A DNA stretch of 63,492 bases, filler included, from Collodictyon triciliatum (lineage: Eukaryota): NCBI GenBank assembly GCA_043381765.1. It is 4 parts of 4 records of this genome, joined end to end, with 100 filler letters (N's around TTAATTAATTAA, not from the genome) between each part and the next. Parts side by side here need not be neighbours in the genome. Positions count along the whole stretch, not along the records: positions 43,959 to 63,492 come from JBHJMP010001296.1; 3 more parts are not named here. One strand, 5' to 3'. Position 1 is the first letter of the stretch. Every line of letters begins with the position of its first letter. The translations under genes were made by a program, and so were the position numbers. Of this stretch, positions 54,906 to 63,492 are shown one piece after another. The notes under the pieces are model-generated. The model was not told the DNA's origin. It worked only from the letters and a program-made list of their open reading frames with translations, and did not search any database.

Positions 54906-56549
54906 AGTCTGCGTGTGAGAGCACTTTCTCTCCTTTCTATCTTTTTTTCTTTTTCTCTTTCTTCCACCCAAAACACAAAAACTCCAATCACACAATCAGG
55001 GGTTTCCACTCTCTCATCCACAACTCATTTTCGTCCTAGAGGCGAAGGCGGTCTCCTCGGCTCTGTTTTCTCCCAATATACTTTTGAAAAGAAACCAAAA
55101 TTATTAATGTGAATTCATATTCTTCCATGGCCTCGTATGTGAAGCGGACTTTGTCGCATCTTAACATTAGTAGATGACTTGGTGGGCTTTTTGTGTGCAT
55201 ATTTGTACAGCAGACATCGCCGTATTCTGGCATAATACAGATACCTTGCGGTCTTCAGACCCCATATACATGTGTGCAGGTATGTGCGTATTAATGGGGG
55301 AAGGCTCCATGACTTTTTTGGGGAGAGAAATTCGAATGAAAAGATAACAGTGATTACACGGGCTTAGCGTTACTGAGATTTAAGTACGACTTTATCCCGA
55401 CTTTTTATGTACAACATCGTCGCTCGAATCAAGACCAATTTATCTGCGAGTGCAGAAGAATTTGCCTGATAGAAGTGCTTTTATGAGGATGGAAAGAGGA
55501 TTCGGTTTAGATTTGTTTGATGCATGGATTTGATTTGATTGTGTTTCGTTTATTCATTGACGTGATTGAAAAATTCATCATAGATGGAATGCAAGTCTAA
55601 AATAATGCAAATAATCTAAATATGCGGATTTTAAATTTTATTTGGAGTGTAATTGAATATGGCAAATTATAATTATGAGCAACAAAATGGGTTTGAACGT
55701 ATCATTTGAAGTATGTTTATTTCTCTGTTCTGAATTAAATTGTTTGTGCCATAACTAGTGCATGAAGAGAACAAAATAGCGAGAAATTTGAAGGTGCACA
55801 GGTAGCATATGAAAAACATCTTACCAGTTTGCATAGTGATTCCTTAAAGTGGTTTAGTTCTCAGCGTAGACGGGTTCCAACAGTGGATTTTCACAAGCAT
55901 TGTCCATCCCAAGACGAGAAAGATGTTGGCTGAGAGGAGTCCCGGAGCCATCCAATGAACTTTACAACACTGCGCTCAACATCGCACCTACCCTTTACAC
56001 AGCCAGTACAGACTACACGAATTAATGATGATGAGTGGTTGTTCTATTTGACTAGTTGATGTCTTTGGAGATTTGTGAAGCTCAAGAAAATGTATTCATA
56101 TATGTAGATGCTAATATTTATTAATTAAACGACTTGCAGAGGCTTTATTACCTGTCCGCAGGTTGCATGTAAATTATAATATAATTAATTCGTCGATTGC
56201 GTCAGCATATTATTTATAGTGACTTTCATAAAATGTGTCGGTAAGTATGCGCAAAAAGGTATCAGTAGATGAATGATGATTCATCAATAATATATTCTTT
56301 AATAAATATCATTTAGCCTTTTAGAAATTGGAACATACCCCTTTTGGGTCCTAATTATCCATATGTTTATATTTTTCCGAATAACGGCTGTATGATTTCA
56401 TCACTTTCACAAGCATCAGCCAATTTTTGGTGGGGAAAATGACATATGGATAGAATAGTAGATAAATTTAGTAAAAACTTTTGATAATCATGATTTAATC
56501 ACACATTTTATGCAACATTAAGAAAAAATATGCAATTCATAGTATATCG

Positions 56550-57301
56550 ACGGCGGGGAGAAAAGCTGGGCACCAAAACACCCCACTCACCGCGAGCTGG
56601 AGACAAGCACAAACCCCGCAAGTCCTTCCAAATCACCACTCTATAATGCTTAATACCACCAATAGGGAGCTATGGATAGGCACACGCGCGGCAAAAGCTG
56701 GCAAAGTCACCCAACAATGCACACTTTGCAGCAACGGTGATGAATCCATTGAGCACACATTTGTGCAATGCCCCTTCACTCAAAACCTGCGCGAAACAGC
56801 CAGTGAGATTCTTCGACTGACACTCAAGACGGCTGCGGCTGTTGGCCCAATCCAGGCGATACTTGGGCCTCTGCAACAGCTGCGTCCAGATGCAAAAACA
56901 TTCTGGGCAGTGACGCGAGGCCATTTTGCTATGGACTGTGTGGATAGCATGCATATACTCACGCAAAGCAAGACTCAACAACCAGCCACCCCTTCCTGAT
57001 AATAGGCGTGATGACATCATACAAATCTCTTTCCTCAATAGCTTTCTTTGCCACTTGCACGTTCTCTACTACTTAGACCCTGTGAGAAGAGACATGTAGA
57101 AAGAAGCTGAGAAGGATATTAAACCTCGCCTTGTGTCTCTCATGCAAGCACAAGACCCGGGCTACAGGCCAAAGCGCAGGATGCAATTGCTGATTACCGA
57201 CTACTTCTCGCCACCCGGCCACCAAGTAGCGTCCATGCAAACGATGGCTAGCGAACCAAAGCCAACATCTTGCACAAAATTGAAAGGAAGAATTAAAAAA
57301 A
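56550..57301 (+). mobile_element. 3' fragment of an L1/Tx1-type LINE ORF2 (zf-RVT zinc finger), 3' UTR and A-tail
   Basis: CTLCSNGDESIEHTFVQC (C-x2-C...E-x2-EH-x4-C), degenerate downstream frame, and an A-rich end shared with the 54240-54297 insert. Confidence 0.82.
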
Positions 57302-57478
57302 TAATTTTACAAGACGTTCTCATTTGGATTTCTAGAAGTAAACTGTAGCTGTGGTTTGATGGTTTTGGCAACGCGGCTACCCACATTCTGCAATCCTCGA
57401 GGCATGTAAAAAAATTAATCATTCTCATTTTTGCTCCCTTTATTTTACATTTTATTTTGGTTTAGTTCTTTGTTTTCT

Positions 57479-57584
<106 letters not shown>

Positions 57585-58161
57585 AACCGTGAAGTTGTCA
57601 ACCGCATTGCGATGGTGCGCACACTATGCAGTAATTACATACAATTCTCTATTTTTGATGAGTGCTGTCAAAGCCCAGCATATATAAGCCATTGACAATA
57701 TCCCGTCGTGACTCCGAACCGATGTTTGAAATGTGGGCGCGTTTTCACTTCTCATCTCTTTCGCTCCTCTTTACCGCCCAATCATTTTCGCTTCACGAAC
57801 CAGATCACGAGCCACAAAGCTACAGAGCCGCACTAAGGAATGCAGCCGACAGCAACCTCGTAAGCCGCCCACACCAGATCAACAAACCCACGAATATTCC
57901 TCCCCTTTAACAAAAATAATAATAGAGCAACAACATTAATATTGAGAAAGTAAATAAATAAACCAAAAAAAAAAAAAAAGACCAAAGACTTCGCGAGAGC
58001 GGTCGGAAAGCCCGCAGGCCGCACCCGAAAGCAAACGCCCGGCCGTGCGCTATGCAGCCTTCGCAGCAAACCACACCGAGACGGTCGATCGCCACGCACA
58101 CGCAAGCCGGGACGGGGCGCGACTGAAGCCTTCTCTGCTGCGATCCGGATCGCTGTCCTTC

Positions 58162-60206
58162 ATGCCGGAAGATCGGACGGATCAAAGCTTCCAGCAGGCG
58201 CGCAAGAAAGCCAAGGAGATCATCAAGGTTGCAGTGGAGTCTGCATGCAGCTACGCAGCGCCAAAGAGCGTGCGCCAAAGCCGGCCGTTTGATCAGAGTG
58301 CCGAGCAGCTGATTGATCTGTGCCGCTCTGTGCAGTCGCGCTGCTTCTCAGAGCCCACGGCCGTGATTGAGGTGGTTGCGCCGGCAAAAGTCTTTGGTGA
58401 TATCCACGGCCAGGTCGATGATCTTGTCGAGATCTTCCGCCAACATGGGCGCCCGTGCGCGTACCATGGGGATGTCTTTGCCATCAGCTATGTCTTCAAC
58501 GGTGACTTTGTGGACCGCGGGCCGCACTCGCTCGAGGTTGTTTCCATCCTCTTTGCACTGAAGCTGATTTACGGGCCTCGCATCACCCTGATCCGCGGAA
58601 ATCACGAGCTCCGCGCGGTCAACCGTGATTTTGGACTCTATGACGAATGCATCCTGCGCTACGGCCTAGACGGCGGGAAAGCAGTCTACGAAGCCGTCAA
58701 TACCGTCTTCGACTACCTGCCTTTGGCAGTTGTGCTGCAGGCTTTGGTTCCGTGCCCGATAGAAGCGGCCGACTCGAGCAAGAAATGGACAGCAGTCGAC
58801 CGGATTCTCGTGCTGCATGGTGGGATCGGCTCGTCCCTGACAAGTCTGAGCAAGTTGCGGGAGATAAAGATCCCGCTGGCCAGGATGAATTCGCCGATTC
58901 TGTCAAACATCTTTTGGAACGACCCGGCGCCGATCGGCTCGCTGAAAGGATACACGCCAAATGGACGCGGACACACAGTGGAAAGCTTCGGGTCGGATGT
59001 CGTGGTTCGCTTCTGTCGGGCGTCGGGGATAGATGCGATTATTCGGTCGCACGAGTGTGTAGACAACGGATACGAGTTCTTTGCGGGTGGGATGCTTCTC
59101 ACGGTGTTTTCTGCACGGAACTACTGTGGCGTGAAAAAGAACCACGGAGCTGTGATTCTCGTCACCAATGACATCACGCTTGATAAGCAGCATTCGGCCG
59201 CAGAGGAAGGCGTCGAAACCCCTCACGGCTCAGTATCCACAGGCAGTTTGCTGCTCACGCCGCTCATTATCGAGCATATAGGGACGGGTGAGAGTCGGTC
59301 AAAGTCTTTGGCTGTGACGGTTCAGCCTGCCCTGCCGAGTGGCGATGTGCTGGAAACTATCAGTGAGGAAGTTGACGGAGACAATGGAGGTGGCAATCGG
59401 CCTCGGTCATCGCACGAACGTGCGCCTTCGCCCACACGACAGGAGAAGAAAAAAGCGTATGCCTCTGCATCTGCATCTGCATCTGCGTCTGCATCGAATG
59501 AAGCAGCGCAAAACAGGATGGATCTGAGTGTGGGAGATTCGCTTGATGAGTTGAGTTGGAAGCAAGGCGGAAGTGGGAATTCGACTGCCTTTGCGCTTTG
59601 CCCTGAAAAAAGAGTGCTGCCCCAGGAATTGGAGGCTCACAGAGACATAATTTTGAAGATTTCCTCCCAGTTCAAAAGAGACTCTGGCGTTGATTCGTCG
59701 GATGTCAGGCAGATTCAAGAGTGCTTTCAAAGAAGCTGTTTGGATGGCTCTGATTCTGCACAGCCAGAGATGACGCTGGCCATGTTTAAACGATTTTTTG
59801 AGGCCGAATGTGCAAGTCTCTACTGTCTCCAGCACGTGGACGATTTCTATCGCGCTATCGACACAGACGGCAATGGAAGTATCAGCGTGGAGGAGTTTGT
59901 GATAGGGGTCTTGGCCATGAGGTCGGACATTCCACACGACATATCCAACGCCGTGGGCTATCTCCGCTTACTCTTTATCTTTCGGTTCTACAACAAATCA
60001 GCCACTGGGTTCCTAACGCCAGACGAGTTTGACGCCCTTCTTGAGGATGTAAATCAGCTCGACCAAAGAAAGGCCATGAAAAAGGATGCAAAAGAAAGGC
60101 TTCTGGTTTGTCTTTGTTTACTTGTTTTTGTTCATGATATGAACTAGTTTCCGCTTACTAATATTTCTGTTTTCAAAAAACAATCACATTATCAAACTCT
60201 AAATGT

Positions 60207-60276
<70 letters not shown>

Positions 60277-60533
60277 ATTTCTATGAAATACATGAATCTT
60301 TACCATCTACCATTTTTAATTTCATCTTCTCTAGCTTATTTATTTTATTCGGAACAAGTTGCACCAGAGTTCGCCATCCCACTAAAACTTGTTTTCAATA
60401 TCGGCAGACCGCGGCCAAAGTGTTTACGCCTTCAAACACAGACAAATCCATCTCATTTGCGGATTTCAATCGCTTTGTCCAGCTCAAAGTTGTTTCTGGA
60501 ACTTCAATATTATTTCGATTCCTTTCGCAATAG
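58162..60533 (+). CDS. PPP-family Ser/Thr phosphatase (BSU1/PPKL-like catalytic domain) with C-terminal EF-hands; exons about 58162-60105 and 60408-60533
   Basis: GDIHG, GDFVDRG, RGNHE, HGG, RSHE and FSARNYCG motifs. EF-hand loop DTDGNGSISVEE (59860-59895), a second loop NKSATGFLTPDE, and last exon ...SISFADFNRFVQLKVVSGTSILFRFLSQ*. The start could lie upstream of 58162. Confidence 0.92.
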
Positions 60534-60979
60534 GAGGAAATTTTGGCCGCTAATTCTCTGGAATGAATTAAAAGTCGAGATAAAAGAGCGCCAGGGTCTT
60601 GCTCGATCAAAGTTCGCTCGGTTTCTCACGACATCTAAAACACGTTCAACCAAGACTAATAATCAATCTATAATACCAAATTGTGTGATTGAATTTATCA
60701 AAGTAAGAGACTTCAAAGTGCACGCTTGCTTGATTGCAAAACATAAAGAAAGAAAGAAATATAAACTCTACTAGCCTGATTTCATCATTTTAACGTGCTT
60801 TTAAAAACCTTCTCTCAATAATAATTACAGAGACAGATTAATATATGGCGTGTCGAACACCTTAAACAAAAATAATGAATAGAAATTATTCTTGAAAAAA
60901 AATGTATCGAATCAGTCATCAATTAGCTTTACTTTATCCGAGTACAGATATTAGGAAGTAGAAAAAAAATCCCCAGGAA

Positions 60980-63310
60980 TCATTTCACGCACTTGGTGTA
61001 TGTCACCATTCCAAGCCGCATGTTTACATTTTGATTCCGAATCGCAGCCAAGCTTTCACCGTCTTTGGCTGTTTTGATTTATTTTTTCCCAAATAATATG
61101 TTACCATTTGATTAGTATCTATCGAAAGTGAATGCGTGATGAGCCATTAGAACGCGTGTCGTGATAACATATAAGAGCAGAGTTTAGGAAGGAAAAAAGT
61201 ATGCTGGTGTGTCGAATGTTGAATATTAAGAAAAACCAGTATTGCGGTTATCACATTCTACATTACCGGATATCATGAGTGATGGAACGGCGATGTCTTG
61301 CTCAGTTCCCTCTCCTGACATTACAGTAAGCGGGTCGTTTGGATTTGCATTCACCACCACAACACCGACAGCACCTACATGCATGTTTTTATGGATGAAG
61401 ACGATGTTTTCTACCGATGTTCATTCCTCTCTTTTTCTCCCTTTTTCCTTTTTGGACCATAGATTACGTGAAGGAAAGATATGTATCCTTTTGATTGTTT
61501 GACATTTTGCTTGATCACCTGCATCTTGGGCATGTCGTATTTTAACTACGAAATTACAGCCGCCACGGATAACAATGAGGATTTTCTGGTTGGCATCTTC
61601 CAGATTTTGGATAGGTGAGCAAGCGTCGATAGGAACAGAATATTCAACCCTGGCATTAAACACTGTTTGGCCGCGTGGAACCTATGCCGGGTTGGCTGTT
61701 TAGTATTTCTTTCGCTCAAACAAGATTCTACTATATGTGAGATGTGAGCAGAGTCTAATCGCTCTTTGTTTGTTTTGTTTTTTTCCACGCGAAATATAAG
61801 TCTTTGTAAGTCAATAAAAAGGCCAGCAAATCAGGAATCAAAGAACAGGTTTCGGGGCCCTTACTACATCATCGGTGGCATCTTCACTATATATCGGGCA
61901 GAATGGCGGCAATCAAATGATTTCGAATGTAAGTGAAATGAAATTGAATTGAAAATGCAACTCATCACCAAGGTCCACATAGAGATTCTATTGCATAAAT
62001 AACATACTTTGATTCCTGATTATCCGCTGGGCTTGGGAGCTGAATACAGAGCGAACGACCGAAAGTCGCATGAGATGCGTAAAATCTATCAAAAACTGTG
62101 TCATGCGGCATATCATCCATGATGATGACAGAACTGCTTTGCTCAACAGCTGCGTGTTGTTAAAAAAAAAATTCAAAGCAAAAAGCAAAATAAAAATAGA
62201 GAACAACAGCATACATCATTTCAGTTGAATGACTTGATTAACAAATTACTTTTGAAAGGCGACATACTTGTTGTCCTCATATAATAAAAATGCCCAATTA
62301 AATATTATTTACATGAGGATAAAGTCATTCCTGTGTCAACGATTGCAGTATTCCCGTACACATCAGATGCTTTGATTCTTGTAGAGTCGATGATTTCAAT
62401 ACGCAAGCCCTCTGTTCGCATAATTGCAAGGTTTAGTTCCTCAGATTTGTAAGACTATCAGGCTCTTTGAGATTCAGAAAATAAGAGAAAACGATTCTTG
62501 TGCATGACTATATAAAAACGAGTTACCGGGCCGGACTCCATTCAAAGCAAATTTGTACTCTCCGATTTGCAAGAGAAGAGGGCTTTGGTTTTGGTTTTGG
62601 TTTTGATTTTGATTTTGTTCTTGACTTTGCATTTGACTTTGACTTTGGATTGGGTTTGGTGGTTTTATTGGAATGTTCTAGTGAAAGGTGCCATATTATC
62701 GGGTCAGAGTTTCGAATGATGTTGCCGTTGTCATTGGATAAAGGAGATTGGAAAACATTGTAAAATTTTATTTTAAAAAAATGCATCGATGAAAGAATTT
62801 CGAGGAAAAGAAAAAAATCGACTGAGAAAAAAAGACACAATTGATGTGTTGATATTGAGAGTTGCTTTACACACTGAAGGGAAATTGAGGTTTTTTTTTA
62901 CAAATGGAAACGAGAGCGTGGTGCTAAGTCAGATTTCCAATTCTTTTTCGATACTGAAACGTGTATAAAATCATGAAAAGGATGGTAAATAGGACCTGCT
63001 TCGGGGTGATTTGGCGGCTGTTTTCTGTTTCTTGGTCCATTGCCATACTTTTCGTGTTGTAAGGAGAAAGATTCATTTTTTGGCGGTGCTTGATTACCGG
63101 GCATCGCTTTTTGAAATGGGGCATCGATAGGTATTCTCGCCTTTGACTCCTGGCCTTGGACAGGTGAGTGTTTTCAGTATGGCTATAAAGAATTCTACTG
63201 TCTTTGTTTGTGGCTTGTTTAGCTGTTGGGCGTGTTTGATTTCGCAGCATTGTCTTTACACTGATGGGATGCCCCTCAGTGGTGAATATGTAATCTGCCA
63301 TGTCTGGGCG
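60980..63310 (-). CDS. EDEM3-like ER alpha-mannosidase (end of GH47 domain + PA domain), 3' part
   Basis: GH47 terminal motif DYIFTTEGHP. PA domain ASHATFG...PIDACSPIQN...IVIRGGCNFVVKIRHAQDAGAVGVVVVN...IAVPSLMISAKDGESL. Stop TGA at 60980-60982. Confidence 0.8.
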
Positions 63311-63324
63311 CTATTGTTAAACAC

Positions 63325-63492
63325 AATTATTATTATCATTATTATTATCATCATTATCATTATTATTATTATTATCATCATTTTATTATCATTATCATCA
63401 TCATTATTATTATCATTATTATTATCATTATTATTATCATTATTATTATCATTATTATTATCATTATTATTATCATTATTATCATTATTATT
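63325..63492. repeat. (ATT/ATC)n microsatellite
   Basis: Trinucleotide run to the end of the window. Confidence 0.95.

Overview
Draft-assembly DNA from an intron-rich, flagellated microbial eukaryote using the standard code (TAA, TAG and TGA all serve as stops). It has N-gaps, three artificial N44-TTAATTAATTAA-N44 joins and many long microsatellites. Genes were reconstructed by hand-splicing exons, so coordinates of multi-exon genes are approximate. In order: the last exon of a mitochondrial carrier, an intronless NACHT-pentapeptide-WD40 (NLR/STAND-like) protein, a GH31 glycosidase, an LRR-PP2C phosphatase, a large hypothetical gene, a calponin-homology protein with about 37 KVEEPV repeats, the 5' end of a secreted protein, an NSDHL-like sterol dehydrogenase tangled with Sec61-beta, LARP4-like, Arp8, Spt4, AARSD1/AlaX, a GST-like first exon, NIP7, the axonemal dynein intermediate chain WDR63/DNAI3, a decayed L1/Tx1-like retrotransposon cluster, a BSU1/PPKL-like PPP phosphatase carrying EF-hands instead of Kelch repeats, and the 3' part of an EDEM3-like gene. 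The most interesting items are the NLR-like gene, the phosphatase architecture, and a 58-nt retroposed LINE tail with a 19-bp target-site duplication. No CRISPR array, rRNA or tRNA was seen, and no multi-gene novel system is demonstrable from this sequence alone.
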